Source of the DNA: Felis catus
Lineage: Eukaryota
Length of the DNA: 64,000 nucleotides
Direction of reading: 5' to 3'
Assembly (NCBI RefSeq): GCF_018350175.1
Contig: NC_058377.1
Coordinates: 100,378,001-100,442,000 of the forward strand
In this document: positions 12,791 to 26,593 of the stretch, piece after piece
How the letters are laid out: the number at the start of each line of letters is the position of its first letter
How positions within the stretch are numbered: position 1 is the first letter of the stretch
Notes under the pieces: model-generated
Databases searched by the model: none
Told to the model about the DNA's origin: nothing
What the model saw: the letters and a program-made list of their open reading frames with translations, nothing else
Program-made: the position numbers and the translations under genes

Positions 12791-13694
12791 TTCACATGTT
12801 TGCATTTTCAGAGAGAATTTTACTCTTTTTACTGCAGCAGTAAATAATAATCTGGATCAAAAATACAGTGGGTTTAGGAATTAAGGGGGAATAGTTAATC
12901 ATGGAGTTTTAATCTATTCTTTTAATATGTAATAACCATGTATATTTAAAATTTACATGCATATGTGATTGATATGCACATATAAGTACATAAAAACATA
13001 TCTTAAATTTACTGTTTGTAATATAATTATAAAAATCTACCTATAATGACAACCTTACTAATAATTCCTCATATAGTTTTAAATATATATTTCGAAATTG
13101 AAACAAGCATTTCTATTATTTTCAGAAAGATTGATGCTAGATTAGTTTTGTTGCAGAATGAATGGGAAGGAAATAGTGGACAATGGGGTTAGCGGGGCGG
13201 CACATTCCCAAGGTCACAGCCCCAGGAAATAGTCCACAGCCCAGTTCATGGCCATGAGAGTCCCTGAGCAATCTCTGGTGTACGTCCAGCACATTACAAA
13301 GTGTAGCCATCAAGAAAGGATAGACCTTGGAATCTTTGGGAAAGTTTGAAAAACTTGATTTTTAATTTTAAATTTTATATTTATGTCTAGATACATATTG
13401 AAAATAAAAGTCTATTGTTTTTGAATGATCACTTCTTGATTTTAAAATTTTATTAAAACATCTGTACAAATGAGCAGAGTTATTATACTACTTTTGTTTT
13501 TCTCATTTCACATTGATTAGCATTTTATTGACAGCATCCTGCACTATTTGTAGTAGTTTGATTTACAGAAGCATTTTCCTATTATTGACCATGTTGGATA
13601 TTTCTAATTTTTCACTATTATAAGTGACACATAAATGACTATTATAAATGACATGACATCGTCTTCCATTATAAAAGTTACACCACCTTCGTTT

Positions 13695-13957
13695 AAGCAA
13701 AAACCAAATGAGCAAAGGGGAAAAGAGAGAGAGAGAGAGAGAGAGAGAGGCAAACCAAGAAACAGACTCTTAATTATAAAGAACTACCAGTGGGGAGGTG
13801 GGTGGGGGGATGGGTGGAACAGGTAAAGGGGATTAAGGAGGGCACTTGTGATGAGCATAGGGCGATATAGGGAGTGTTGAATCACTATACTGAACATCTG
13901 AAACTAATATAGCACTGTATGTTAACTAACTAGAATTTAAATAAAACCTAAAAAAAA
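13695..13957 (+). mobile_element. L1 3' UTR fragment (carnivore type)
   Basis: aaaccaagaaacagactcttaa...ggcacttgtgatgagca...gaaactaatatagcactgtatgttaactaactagaatttaaataaaa. Confidence 0.8.
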
Positions 13958-14269
13958 CCCAAACAAACCCAAACCCAAAATACCTTAGCTAAAATAAAGA
14001 TTCAGAGGTATTTCAAGCAAAAGAAACTACAGGAAATCATTTGTTTTAACTCCTACCCTTCCTGCAGGTGAATTTATTTCTATATTAAAAATGAGCCAAA
14101 AAGTAAAGTATTCAGTCTACCGACTTTTGCGCAGTATTCAATAATGCTACCGTATTCTGATAGCTCATTATAGTATCTTGATACATACTTGATACTTGAG
14201 CATTCAGTCTGGAGTATTCACAATATATCAGATAGTATAAATAAAATATCAGTTCTTGGGGGAACCCTA

Positions 14270-14702
14270 GTAGAGCTGGTTGAATAATATGTCCCACACG
14301 ATATGTCTACCAGAACATGTGAATGTGACCCTATTTGGCGGGGGTGGGGGAGGGTCTTTACAGATGTACTTGAGTTAAGGATCTCATGATGAGATTTATC
14401 CAGATGGGCCCTAAATCCAATGGCAAGTATCCCTGTGAGACAGAAAAGGAGAAGACAGAGATACCCAAGTCCCAGACCAAGATGCAGAGGAGAAGGCTAT
14501 GTGAAGAGACAGAGGATAAAGTCAGGCGAAGTCTAAGGCAGAGACTGAAGCTGCGCGCCTATAAACAAAGAATACTTGGAGCTGGAAGAGGCAAGAGTGG
14601 ATTCTCTCCTAGAGCTTGTGGAGGAAATGCCCTGGTAACACCTTGAATTTTTACTTCTAGCTTCCAGAACGATGAGAAAATACATTTCTGTTGTTTGAAA
14701 CA
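14270..14702 (+). mobile_element. MaLR (MLT1-type) solo LTR relic
   Basis: tgtgaatgtgaccctatttgg...gggtctttacagatgta...gggccctaaatccaatg...ttctagcttccagaacgatgagaaaatacatttctgttgttt. Confidence 0.75.
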
Positions 14703-15213
14703 AACAGAAACAGTGACACCACCTTATTTCACTTTTAGAATAATTTTTTGTTTAGGGTGGGAGTCACTACTATAAGGAATAAAAACATGTTTATGATTCT
14801 GGAAATATTTACAAAAACATTTTCCAAATGATTCCATGAATGAGAGTTTCCCTGCGATTTTAGAATTAATATAATTTTAAAAACCAACACCTTAAAGACA
14901 CATTTTATCTCATGATGGATTAAAGTTTTCAGCTTGCTTTGTGGGTGTAAACACTGCTTAAATATCACTCTGATATCAATATTTCACATCTTCCTTTTGG
15001 ATTATACATTGCAAAGCATATGCATAATGACTATGTCATTTGACTCTTGTGAGCCAGCAGCTTGAACAAGCGTTACCAAATCTATTTTATGGGAGAGGAT
15101 GCTGAGGCTTAGTGGTTTTCTTCAATGACACATGGGTGTTCAACAATGAAGCTGTAATTGCTAGTTTTTTGATAGCAGAAACTGAATATTTATTTATATT
15201 ATTAAAAATTTTT

Positions 15214-15433
15214 GGGGGTCCCCTGGTGGCTCAGTCAGTTAAGCATCCGACTTCTGCTCAGGTCATGATCTCGCGGTTTGTGAGCTTGAGCCCCGGGTTG
15301 GGCTCTGTGCTTACAGCTCAGAGCCTGGAGCCTGCTTCAGATTCTGTGTCTCCCGCTCTTTCTGCCCCTCCCCTGCTCACGCTCTCTCTCTCCTTCAAAA
15401 ATAAATAAAATTACAAAAAATTAAAAAAAAAAA
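15214..15433 (+). mobile_element. CanSINE
   Basis: tggtggctcagtcagttaagcatccgact...aaaataaataaa plus A tail. Confidence 0.93.
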
Positions 15434-17718
15434 ACCCACTGTCATCTCTCTTCTGTCAATAGCTCTGGGGCTTGTTCTTACCACTTATTGTAATTTATCT
15501 CCTATGATCCTAACTACATAAATGTTTTTATGTGTCTCACCTTTTCTGATTCTCACAAGAATCCTATCAATAGGCATTTTTATATATACCCAGTTACAGA
15601 AGTAAAATCAGAGTCTCTGAGAATTTCAAGTGATTTTTTTCCATCACACGATATAACTAAGTAGAACAGCCTGGTCTGTATGAATCTGGAGATGATGTGC
15701 TTCCTCATTTCTTTGCTGCTTTGACTCTAGGATAAGCTGACCACTGCTGGATCATGCATTGATATTCTTTACTTTTTAATAAATGGTTGTTGACTGATCC
15801 AATGACCTTCCAGTGTTTGATATTCTTGTTTTCTTAGTGACAGCTTGTAGCCAAATATCAACTTCGCAGTCCAGGCACTATTTAGGAATGTCTAGTATGC
15901 TGGAAAAATAATGGAAATAGTTATCTTAAAGTAAGAGACAACAGATATTCGTATACATGGTTGTACATTGGTTAGTGTTATTAACATTGTAAACTGTTTT
16001 GATTAGCTCTAAGGGGCGTTCACAAAAATCAGCTTATTTTTAATTTTCCCAATAAGACCCATTATTCTTTTATTCACCTGTGTAATAAACATAGATTATG
16101 TGTATATGTACATACATATACGTAAGGATGGATAAATTTCTGCGCTATGTGCAGGTGAGGACATAATCATTCTTCAAAGCTGTGTCTTGCTATCGAAAAT
16201 GAAGTCAAAAGTTGGAGGAATCATCTGGATGGCTTATGGAAAAGATTTCTGTGGGTAAAGTGCTTGGGTTTTTAAATGAGAGAATAGTAATTATGATTGG
16301 TAAGGACTGCTTAATCTAAGTGACATTTTTCCTTTTTCCAGTTTGACCCACATCATAATCCTGTGAGATGAGCAGGCAGGTTATGTATGAATATCCCTAC
16401 TTTACCATAAAGTCGTATTCATTAGCAACAGATATACTTTGGCAAGTTGTGCTTAATCAGATTGGACCACTTTGTGTGATTAATTAGCAAGTAATTAATA
16501 AAGCCCTAAGATTCTTGCAATATTCACTGTGCTGCTTCTGTTCCTTACTTATGTGATTGTTATCAATTTGTACCTGCAAGTAATTGGGTCATTACCTTCT
16601 GATTCTACACTCATCTATTCTGTGTCCTTCATCAAAGGGCCTCATTCAAACATGAATAAGGAAATCAGAAGGTTAAAACCTGTACAGGTGGATGAACGTT
16701 TGAAAGGCCACCCTGCTCTGTGTTCTTGCTAGAAAAAGAAAGTTCTTACTCCTTTCTGTTGACACAGTGGATGGAGTTGGGGGTTAGTGCCAGAGTTTCT
16801 TTGTTAAAATCCCAGACCTAGCATCTGTTATTTGCTAACCTTATCTTTGTAAGCATGAGCTTCCCATCAGTGAAATAGGGATAAGACCTAACATGGACTG
16901 TTTCTTGGGCAGTAGGCCCTGAACAATTGTTTTTCTTGTATTATTTAACTTAGTCATCATGGCAAGACTCTGAAATAGGTACTTTAAAAAAAACAAAAAA
17001 AAACGTTCTTATTTTAAAATGATGAATAAAAAAACCCCCCAACTTAACACATGCATACTTGTTCTGTGTTCACATGGAGCTTTCTCATGTATCTTTCTCT
17101 TTTATAAGGAATGAATGAACTCATCTTAAAGGCCAAGTTCATTTCAGATGTTTAAAGAAATATTTGGGGAGTAGCCATGATTTGCAAGGACCTCTTAACC
17201 TGGATGTTATTTCTTCTTCTGTTTGCAGATCAGGCAGACTCCTATCAGGGATGGCACGCAAGTCCCCTCGGCTCCCATTCCATCTCACGGTGGACATGAT
17301 GACCACATTGTCATGGTCCTTTCCTCAGAACCTGGATGTGCTTCAGAACCCTTGCCAACAGTTCACTCCTGGAAGCCATTGCTAAGGGACCCAAGTTGGC
17401 AGTTGAGATAAACTATTTCTCTACATGTGGATACCTCCATTCTTCCCCCTTATTGGAACTGTGGCTATTTTAAAGTATTTAATACTACCTTTCTCCTCCC
17501 CAATTCTGCCTGACCACTCACTACCACCTTCAAGAAACTTTGACTTTTGTGTGAGTCACAGTGACGCCAGAAACATAGAAGATACTTTTTCGTGTGGATG
17601 CACCAACTTCTTACTGACTGTTGCATTACTGTCCGCTGGTCCAAGACAAATTTTTCTTTCTCATAATTGCAGATTGCACATGCTCCTTCTGGCGGCTTTT
17701 AGCTTTTCCTTGGAAATC

Positions 17719-18654
17719 ATGCGAAACCAAAGCTTTGTAACTGAGTTCGTCCTCCTGGGGCTTTCGCAGAATCCCAGTGTTCAGAAAATAGTATTTGTTG
17801 TATTCTTGTTCAGCTACATTGCAACTGTCGGGGGCAACTTGCTAATTGTGGTGACCGTCAGCAGCAGCCCAGCACTCCTGGGCTCCCCCATGTATTTCTT
17901 CTTGGCTTTCCTGTCCTTCCTTGATGCTTGCTTCTCCACTGTCATTGCCCCAAAGATGATTGTGGACTCCCTCTATGAGAGGAAAACCATCTCCTTTGGA
18001 GGTTGCATGACCCAGCTCTTTGCTGAACACTTCTTTGCTGGGGTGGAAGTGATTGTCCTCACAGCCATGGCCTACGACCGCTATGTGGCCATCTGCAAGC
18101 CCCTACGCTACACAACCATTATGAACTGGAGGCTCTGTACCATTCTGATGGGTGTAGCCTGGACAGGGGGTTTTCTGCATTCCATGATACAAATTCTCTT
18201 TACTTTCCAGCTTCCCTTCTGCGGCCCCAATGTCATTGATCACTTCATGTGTGATTTGTACCCGTTATTGGAGCTTGCCTGCACTGACACTCACATCTTT
18301 GGCCTTTTGGTGGTCGCCAATAGTGGGTCTATCTGCATTATAATCTTCTCTCTGTTACTTGTCTCCTATGTTGTCATCTTGCTCTCTCTGAGAACCCATA
18401 GTCCTGAAGGGCAGCGGAAAGCCCTCTCCACGTGCGGATCTCACATTGCTATTGTGGTCTTGTTCTTTGTCCCTTGCATATTTGTGTATGCACGACCTCC
18501 ATCTGCTTTCTCTTTTGACAAAATGGTGGCTATATTTTACACCATCCTAACTCCCTTGCTCAATCCTTTGATTTACACTTTCAGGAACAAGGAAATGAAA
18601 AATGCCATAAAGAAAATGTGGAACAGAATAATGGTGGTTTGTAGTGACAAATAA
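17719..18654 (+). CDS. OR4C15: Olfactory receptor 4C15 orthologue (311-aa core starting [10 protein letters not shown]; ORF track extends it upstream to 17425)
   Basis: All OR motifs intact. Distinctive [30 protein letters not shown] and RPPSAFS match human OR4C15 as I recall it. Acceptor tttttctttctcataattgcag ends at 17672, 46 nt upstream of ATG 17719. AATAAA near 18755. Confidence 0.9.
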   Translation: MRNQSFVTEFVLLGLSQNPSVQKIVFVVFLFSYIATVGGNLLIVVTVSSSPALLGSPMYFFLAFLSFLDACFSTVIAPKMIVDSLYERKTISFGGCMTQLFAEHFFAGVEVIVLTAMAYDRYVAICKPLRYTTIMNWRLCTILMGVAWTGGFLHSMIQILFTFQLPFCGPNVIDHFMCDLYPLLELACTDTHIFGLLVVANSGSICIIIFSLLLVSYVVILLSLRTHSPEGQRKALSTCGSHIAIVVLFFVPCIFVYARPPSAFSFDKMVAIFYTILTPLLNPLIYTFRNKEMKNAIKKMWNRIMVVCSDK

Positions 18655-19200
18655 AACATTGAAGTTTACAAAATATTGTAAGGAGTAAAAGAGTCAAATT
18701 TTCTAGACTAAGCCTTTGTGTGTTTGGGTCTGTTTGATAGGAGCTAATGTAATGCAATAAAAAAACCCAGTAATATGGGGTCAGGAAAAATGTTTTCACA
18801 CTTAGATCACTTATCGACTCTGATTTGGTAACTCAGTATCTTCATAGTAAAGTAAAAGCGTTGGATATTATGTTTACTTAAAATCTTAAAAAAAAAAGAT
18901 TGAAGGGAGAAATTACCTATCAGACCTGTTGTCACTCATCCCATGCTTTGGTAAGTCTTTGTGGAGGCATGACAAAAATATCTTAAGAGGTTAGAAACTT
19001 AACACTATTTCAAATGAAAAGAAGTTCATGCGTAGGGCAATGATTTCAGTGATTGAGGAAGAAAACAGTCATGGGTCGAGTGGAAGAGATCAGCGCATTC
19101 TCAGAACCTCAGCTATAGGTGTTCCTGTGTCATGGGACTATGTTTTGAAAAATAGCAACTTAGATTTCATAGCCCCACTTCCCTAACCTACTCTTCATCT

Positions 19201-19380
19201 TTTAACTTTTTTGAGAGAAGTTATTATTTTCTGATATGCTATATAATCTTTCTTTCTTGCTTTCTTTCATCAGCCTTCTCTTATCAACGTATTTAACTTA
19301 TTGAAAGAGAAGTTATTTTCTCATATGCTACATAATCTATTTTTCTTTCTTTCTTTCTTTATTTAGTCAGCCTTCTCTTA
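19201..19380. repeat. Imperfect approximately 90-bp tandem duplication
   Basis: tttaactt...gagaagttatt...atatgcta.ataatct...tcagccttctctta occurs twice. Confidence 0.8.
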
Positions 19381-19601
19381 CGGATTATAAACTCAAGTGA
19401 GGCAGGAAAATTTTCCCCTCTTCGGCTCATATTGTATCATTAGCATCTAGAACAGTCTGAGGTAGGAGTTCAGTAAATATCTGTTGAATAAGTGAATAAA
19501 TGAGATATCTTCCCATATTCACATTTAAATATATCTTTAACATTAACACACTAAAGTGTCAAATTTGGCAAAGGAGTGTGGTTATTGCTGATATGAGCTC
19601 T

Positions 19602-19691
19602 TAGCTCTTAATTCTTAATTCTTGACATACATAGAGCATTTAAAATAAACTAGCTCTTAATTCCTGACATCCATAGAGCATTTAAAATAAA
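19602..19691. repeat. Approximately 41-49-bp tandem duplication
   Basis: tagctcttaattc...tgacat.catagagcatttaaaataaa occurs twice. Confidence 0.85.
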
Positions 19692-21300
19692 TTCTACATT
19701 CTAGCAAATTTCCCCATGTTTAAAATCTAAATATAATATCTCAAAATTCAAATAGAAAATAAAGCCATTATTCTCTATCCACTTTCTCATTTTCATTCTC
19801 TATCCCTTCTTCCGTTCCCTGCAACAATAAGTCTTGCTCTCAGTGATCTGACTTTTATTCATAAAACATTTATGATCCCAATAAAGTCATCGATTGCCTC
19901 AAATTTGCATTTTATTAGTTGGGTTTATCTAGCCAGAGTTTCTGAATTATCCACTGGAAACCTTACCTTAGTAAGATACAAATTTCAATGAACAGAGTTT
20001 AATCCTAAGATGAAGCCAGAGGTGGCTCAAACTAGTAAAAACCTCAGCTAGCATTTGTTCTGTTTCCACAGTTTCCATGATGGGGTGAGCATAGCCATGT
20101 GCATTCAGCAAACCCTGCCATTGTTTTGACAGGACCTGGAATCCAGATCTCATTTAGTCCTTTGGTCTATAAGGAATTTAATGAGTGTTAAGGGTCAGTT
20201 CACTTAGAGATCGAAGAAACTTCAAGAGATCATCGACTTGGCTTCTTGGCTTTGACCGCTTCAAAGATCTCCTTGGAAACTGCCCTCTGCAAAAATTTCC
20301 CACCAGCACTGGAGAGCTTAATCCTCCTTCAAATGTAAGGAGTTAAAATGGGGCTTTTTGATTGGGAGGTTTAAGGCAGGGGCTGTTTCATTGCTTGCTC
20401 GTGTTTCCCAGCCTAAGAAATCTTATGACATTACTGTGCACATCATATGAAAATAAAAAAGTTTAGACTTCTACTTAAGAGATGTGGATTCTAGGCTCAT
20501 TTCTGTTGCTTCTGTAACCTGTTGCTTCTGTTCTGTAACCTTCATGAGTTATTTCACTTCTCTGGCGCTCAGTTCATGTTTAAGCAGGAGTAATAAAAAC
20601 ACATGAATATTTCTTCTGTGGTTCTGTGAGCCAGGGACTCATTGTTTTCCTATGTTATATATTTTAAGATTTGCAGAAACTTTTTTTTAAAGGTAGGTCT
20701 TCATATTACCGTTTAATTTATGGGGCAGCGGAGGCTCTAAGACTTTAAGTGACAGACCAAAAACCTTCCTCAGGATTCTTCTAGTCCTTTTCTAATACAA
20801 CAGGCCAGGTGTTGGGGGTGTGATTTTCTCTCAGACGTTTCTGTGAGACACCAGGCCTTGCTGGTTGCCACTAGACCTTTCAGCAAGAGTTCAAAGCATT
20901 GTGAAATCTTTTGTAGTGTTCTCCTACCTCTCTTTCTGTCACCACCCTCTGTCATTCCCCTGTCACCTGAATGGATCACTTCATCCTCACTGAAGGTGCC
21001 TAGTGGACAGTGACGTGCCTGGCAGGCGATTCTAGAGCAGAGTGCTGGGTTGCAACATAATTTGCTTTGTGAAACGTATTGTTTTAATGTAATTTATCCC
21101 ATCTTTAACAGCTTGTAACCATTCACAAGCAACTTTCTGTACGTAAGTGGAAGGGCATGAATCTTTAAAAACAAGAAAATACAGAAGACCTATATTCAAA
21201 AATTCTTATTCTCATCTCATTCTCTGCATTGACTAAAAAATATAGGTAAGATTAAGAACAGGGGAGAACTGAACACTAATGTTAAAAATAAATAAGTATT

Positions 21301-21540
21301 GGGGCACCTGGGTGGCTCGGTCGGTTAAGCGTCCGACTTCGGCTCAGGTCATGATCTCATGGTCCGTGAGTTCAAGCCCCGCGTCGGGCTCTGTGCTGAC
21401 AGCTCAGAGCCTGGAGCCTGTTTCAGATTCTGTGTCTCCCTCTCTCTCTCTGCCCCTCCCCTGTTCATGCTCTGTCTCTCTCTGTCTCAAAAATAAATAA
21501 ACGTTAAAAAAAAAAAAAAGAAACTGTAAAAAAAAAAATA
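21301..21540 (+). mobile_element. Young CanSINE
   Basis: Near-consensus, CpG-rich. TSD aaataaataagtatt on both sides. Confidence 0.95.
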
Positions 21541-21789
21541 AATAAATAAGTATTGATTACCAGTTGACTTTTCCTAAGAGAACATTGGAAATTAAAGAGG
21601 TTGAGAAACTTGCTTAAAATCACATAGCAGATATTGGTGGGGCCAGGGCTCACATCTGTCTATCCGACATATGTATCTATCTGAGCCTTTAAATGACATC
21701 AATGACTTTCATGCTTCTAGAAGAGATGAGCTTAAGCAAATCCTATGGAGAAGTGAACAGACTTTCCTAACCTGCAATCATAGTGAGTT

Positions 21790-22398
21790 GAAGCTAATTA
21801 GCCCCAAAGCATACATTTGCCCTTGGACTATCTGAATGAGGTAGCTCATTGGATGTCCTTTGGGACTGGGTTAGGAGTAATGGTTTTCCTGGAAGTCTTG
21901 AGGCTGAAAGCCTGTCTTAGGCATTTGCAGACTTACGTGGGAATTGTCGTAAATACCTAATAGCATAAGAAGAAAATGCTTACCTCATTTGTATTCTCCA
22001 AAAGAAACTCTGGGAAGAGAGGCTGCTTCAGAGGCATTTCTCTCTCAGAATGCAGGGATAAGTTCCTCCATAAAATTTTGAAGGGCTGAATTAAGAAACT
22101 TTTCTTTTTCACCACCCCCTCCCTTCCTCCAATATAGACCTTGTTGTTTTTGTCGTAGTGCTTCTGGGGAGGAGCTGTGTCATGTGTGGCCACATGCAGA
22201 GTCCCCTTCCTCCATAAACTCTCTCTACCCCATCACCTCTTGTGATAAAAAAAAACAAGGATAAGTGTCAATGAAGTATGGTTTGCATGTGATATTCAGG
22301 CTTCATATGATTCACTTTCTAAGCAAATGGAAGTTGAAGATACAAGAAAATATACTACATTGCAAGTCATCTATTTCCTCTTAAGCAAAGGGGTAAGT
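21790..22398 (+). promoter_or_regulatory. Candidate promoter and first non-coding exon of the OR at 25679
   Basis: TAATTA at 21795, O/E-like TCCTTTGGGA at 21856, donor GGG|GTAAGT at 22393. Alignable with 32030-32520 and 47610-48110. Confidence 0.55.
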
Positions 22399-23486
22399 TT
22401 TCCAGTCTGTCTGAGATGTTTTCTTCATGTTGCGTCTTCAAGACTGATCTGATATCAATACTCAGCATGTCTTCTAACAAATGATGAAGTTCCTGGACAG
22501 TATTTCCACCCATGAAGGGTTGAGGTTGTCCAGGGTTCCTAAGACTTTCCTGGCCTCAGCACAGAGTTATACTGACTTTCAGATAATCTCTGCTTAATGT
22601 AGGGGGTGAATAACGATAAACTGCACCATGGCATTGAGGCCAACTTGGCTGAAGTTTCTACTTTGCAGGTCCTCTGATTTGAAAAGTTTTAGGTCAGTGG
22701 TGATGTTTCTGGAATGGAGTATAAGATAGGAGTGTCCCTTCTCTACACTTGGGGTTTCAAGAACCTTGTTAACTCTTGCTCATGACCCAAAACTGCACTC
22801 TCTGTCTTTTTTGGGGGGGCAAGTGATAGGGTGGTGGGTCAGGAAGAAAGAAGCTAAACTCTCTGATGAAAACTTGGGTGAAATGACCCTCTCCCTCATT
22901 TTTTTGCTCACCTCTCCTCTATACATCTTTTGAATCTTATCCCCTGTTTCTTCTTTCTCTGATGTCTGCTCATTGTCACTCTCCTCTCTCCTGTTCTGAC
23001 TCTTTTTTGTCTTTGCCCTTCGCTATTATTTACTTGGATATCTAATTTTCCTTTTGCCATGAAGTTTACAGAACCTGATTTTCGAGTTGGGAGCAGGAAT
23101 TAAGGTATCAGTTGGCACCCTTCCCTGATGGCTCAGGATTTATCTTCTCTTGGATGCAATCTACATGGTGATAGGGATTTGATACTTTATATGACCTGGA
23201 GGCTGAATGATAGAGAGACTTCCTATCTAGTAGCCTCCCACTCAAGTTCTAGCCTGGTTGTACTCAGTGAAACTTTCTGTATCATACCTGAAAGTTTGCA
23301 CATAGAGTTTTTTGTACATAGGGCAAGTGCCCACACCTACATTGTAGGAAAACGTGCAGGTCAAATAAAATAACAAAAGTGGAATATCGTATGAATGGTA
23401 AGATTATAGAACATGAATAATGTATAATCTAAGATTGCCTTGTTCAGTTGTATATAAATATAAATATATATACATTTTAAATATAT

Positions 23487-23702
23487 TTCTTATTTAATTT
23501 TTTTAATGTTTATTTATTTTTGAGAGAGAGAGAATGACCAGGGGAGGGGCAGAGAGAGAGAGGGAGTCACAGAATCCAAAGCAGGCTCTGGGCTCTGAGC
23601 TGTCAGCACAGAGCCCGATGTGGGGCTTGAACTCACGAACTGTGAAGTGACGACCTGAGCCTAAGTCTGATGCTCAACCAACTGAGCCACCCAGCCGTCC
23701 CT
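23487..23702 (-). mobile_element. CanSINE
   Basis: ttttaatgtttatttatttttgagagag...ctgagccacccagccgtccc. Confidence 0.92.
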
Positions 23703-25678
23703 ATAAATATATATATTTAATAAAGCACATAGTAATATAGGATCTAGGGGTAGAGGTTTATTTATCTGGGAAAACCAAAGGAAGACTTTTGGTACGAATA
23801 TAATTTGAAACTGGCTAAAATTTCAACAGATAAAAGTAAAACTTAAGAATTAAGAAGAGAAAATACTGTGCTCCATTACTGTGATATCCTCCCAGGTCAG
23901 AGAAAAAGTACAGTCCAGGAGTGTTGGAAATGATGACTGAATTCCGTGATAGAACTCTAAGTGGTGGTGTTGATCTCACATAATGCATACATCTTGTCAA
24001 GTGCTACTTTCTTGTCTTTATGTCCCCAAATTTTCTTTTTGCTTATTTAAAATAAAACAAATAGAACTACATCACCTGGCTTTCACAGTTGTCCATTATC
24101 TGCTCCCAAACTTCTTTGTTACAACCTTTTGATTTAACAAGAGTATAGTCTCTATGGAGATAGTCTCTATGTTGACCTGAAGCAATGCATATTTCTCCCT
24201 TTATGATATTTTACTGACTCTTCTCACATAACTGTTCCTTTCTTCTCAGCCAAGGGCCCTTTTGGTTTTTTTTATCCCTTTTTAGGAATCTAATGTTTCA
24301 AAACAAAGTAATAATTAATTTATTTACTTTTTTTATAGCTGTCAAGAGATAATTGGACCTGCCAATCAGAGTTTGTAGTTATAACATCTCTGGTTTAACA
24401 TAATGCACTAATATTATTTTAGCTGGATGGAAAATAAACTTGAAGTTTTTTAGATGCATAACTTTAGTAGGGGTAAAGGGACAATTTGAGTGAGTAATTT
24501 TGAGCTATATATTTTACTTAAGGAAAGCCAGTATAAACTTATGGAATACTTGAGTTTCAGAGAACCGTATTGGGAACCAGTTTAACATATTTAAAGCAAT
24601 TACTTCACATCTTTCTCATTTTTGAAACTTCACTGACCAATCAATTTAGAATCTAAGGATCTTTGTACTTTTGGAATCAAAAGTACAAATGCATTCAGCA
24701 ATATCGCATAGAATTGTATATAATTCTTATGTAGTTAATTATCTTACCTAGAAGTGTGTTATCCCTCCAACTTTGTTGTAAAGAGGTTGAGGACATATTT
24801 ATATGCCCTATTACATAGATTGAAGATATGAGTATGTGCTTACTACATATTGGTGACTGGTTTGATGTTGTTATTAATTCATCGAAGGACTGGTGATTTA
24901 TCAGAAAGAAAGAGGATCTCAAAACTCATATTAAATTATAGATCACTTCACATCAATATTGAAAGGTACAGAAATATTGTAAGACAGAATAAAGACAAAT
25001 TGTAGTAATTTCCTAAGCTGAAGTAATAGGGAAAATTATGGCCACCATGAACCTGAATTTGGGGAAATAATTCCTTCTTACAGCATAATCTAACCAAGAT
25101 ACCAAAGAGGTAAAGAATAATTGGTACAAACCAGTGTCCAAATCAATAAATATGTTTTTTTCAAGAAAGAGTCTCCAAGTGTATATGTTTTTAAATCATA
25201 CAAGGATATTATTTTTCAGTAATTGAGCTGCATATACGTTACATGTACATATATACCATACACATATACGTATTTAATAAACTATTAGTATCTCTAATTG
25301 CAAATGAAGAAAAAGCTTCCAGACATTAAAGTGACCTGATCAAGATCATACAGCAAAGTCATTAGTCCTCAGAATTTGGCAGAGATCATGATCATTTGAG
25401 AGATTTTTTTTTCCCTCTCAAAGTTTCAGTCCACATTGGAAGACCTTCAGTTAATGCTCATGGTGAAAGCATGGACATCAGCATTAAAAAACAAAAAGTT
25501 TCCCAAGTGATGACAATACATAAAAAACTGAGAACCGTTGATTTATTTGTTGATGGATTTAGAACCACAAGAGTGCAATTCTGAATCAAGTCCACTGCTG
25601 TTGCTAAGTCACCATTTCCCCAACTTTCTCTGCAGATGAACAACTTCTCAGCTGTGTTTTTCTATGTTCACTGTGACT

Positions 25679-26593
25679 ATGGAGTCGAATAGCAGTGTGA
25701 ATGAGTTCGTTCTCTTTGGGTTAACACAGAATGTTGTAAAGGGAAAAGTAGTGTTTGTGGTCTTCTTGTTTCTATACCTCGCAACCCTTTTGGCAAATTT
25801 ACTTATTGTGATGACCATAAGATACAGCCGGACACTTGGGAGCCCCATGTACTTCTTCCTTTTCTACTTATCCTTTGCTGATGCCTGCTTCTCAACAACC
25901 ACTGCTCCTAGGTTAATAGTAGATTCTGTATCTGAGAAGAAAGTCATCTCCTACAACGAGTGCATGACCCAGGTTTTTGCAGTTCACTTATTTGGGTGCA
26001 TGGAGATCTTGGTGCTTATCCTCATGTCCTTTGATCGCTATGTGGCCATTTGTAAGCCCCTGCAATACACTATCATCATGAGCCGGCATGTCTGTGGTAC
26101 AGTGGTGAGTCTAGCCTGGGTGGTGTCTTGTATCCATTCTTCTGCACAGATTTTCTTGGCTTTGAAACTACCCTTCTGTGGACCCAATGTTATTGATCAT
26201 TATTTCTGTGATATGCCACCTTTGTTGAAACTCGCATGCATGGACACCTATGTAATCAATTTACTCATAGTTTTTAACAGTGGGGCTATCTGCATGGTGA
26301 GTTTCGTCGTCCTGCTTCTCTCTTATATTTTCATCTTACATTCTCTGAATAACCAGAGTGCAGAAGGAAGAAAGAAAGCCTTCTCTACGTGCACATCCCA
26401 CATCATCGTTGTCATCTTATTCTTTGTTCCATGTATATTCACATATACTCGCCCTGTAACTACGTTTCCAGTGGATAAGATGGTGGCTGTGTTTTACACT
26501 ATTGGGACACCCTTGCTCAACCCTCTGATTTATACTCTGAGAAATGCAGAAGTGAAGAATGCAATGAGGAAGTTATGGGGCGGCAAACTCTGA
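25679..26593 (+). CDS. Olfactory receptor 4C11-like (304-aa core from MESNSSV; alternative in-frame ATG at 25664)
   Basis: [76 protein letters not shown]-glycosylation sequon NSS. Acceptor ctttctctgcag ends at 25635. Confidence 0.93.
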   Translation: MESNSSVNEFVLFGLTQNVVKGKVVFVVFLFLYLATLLANLLIVMTIRYSRTLGSPMYFFLFYLSFADACFSTTTAPRLIVDSVSEKKVISYNECMTQVFAVHLFGCMEILVLILMSFDRYVAICKPLQYTIIMSRHVCGTVVSLAWVVSCIHSSAQIFLALKLPFCGPNVIDHYFCDMPPLLKLACMDTYVINLLIVFNSGAICMVSFVVLLLSYIFILHSLNNQSAEGRKKAFSTCTSHIIVVILFFVPCIFTYTRPVTTFPVDKMVAVFYTIGTPLLNPLIYTLRNAEVKNAMRKLWGGKL

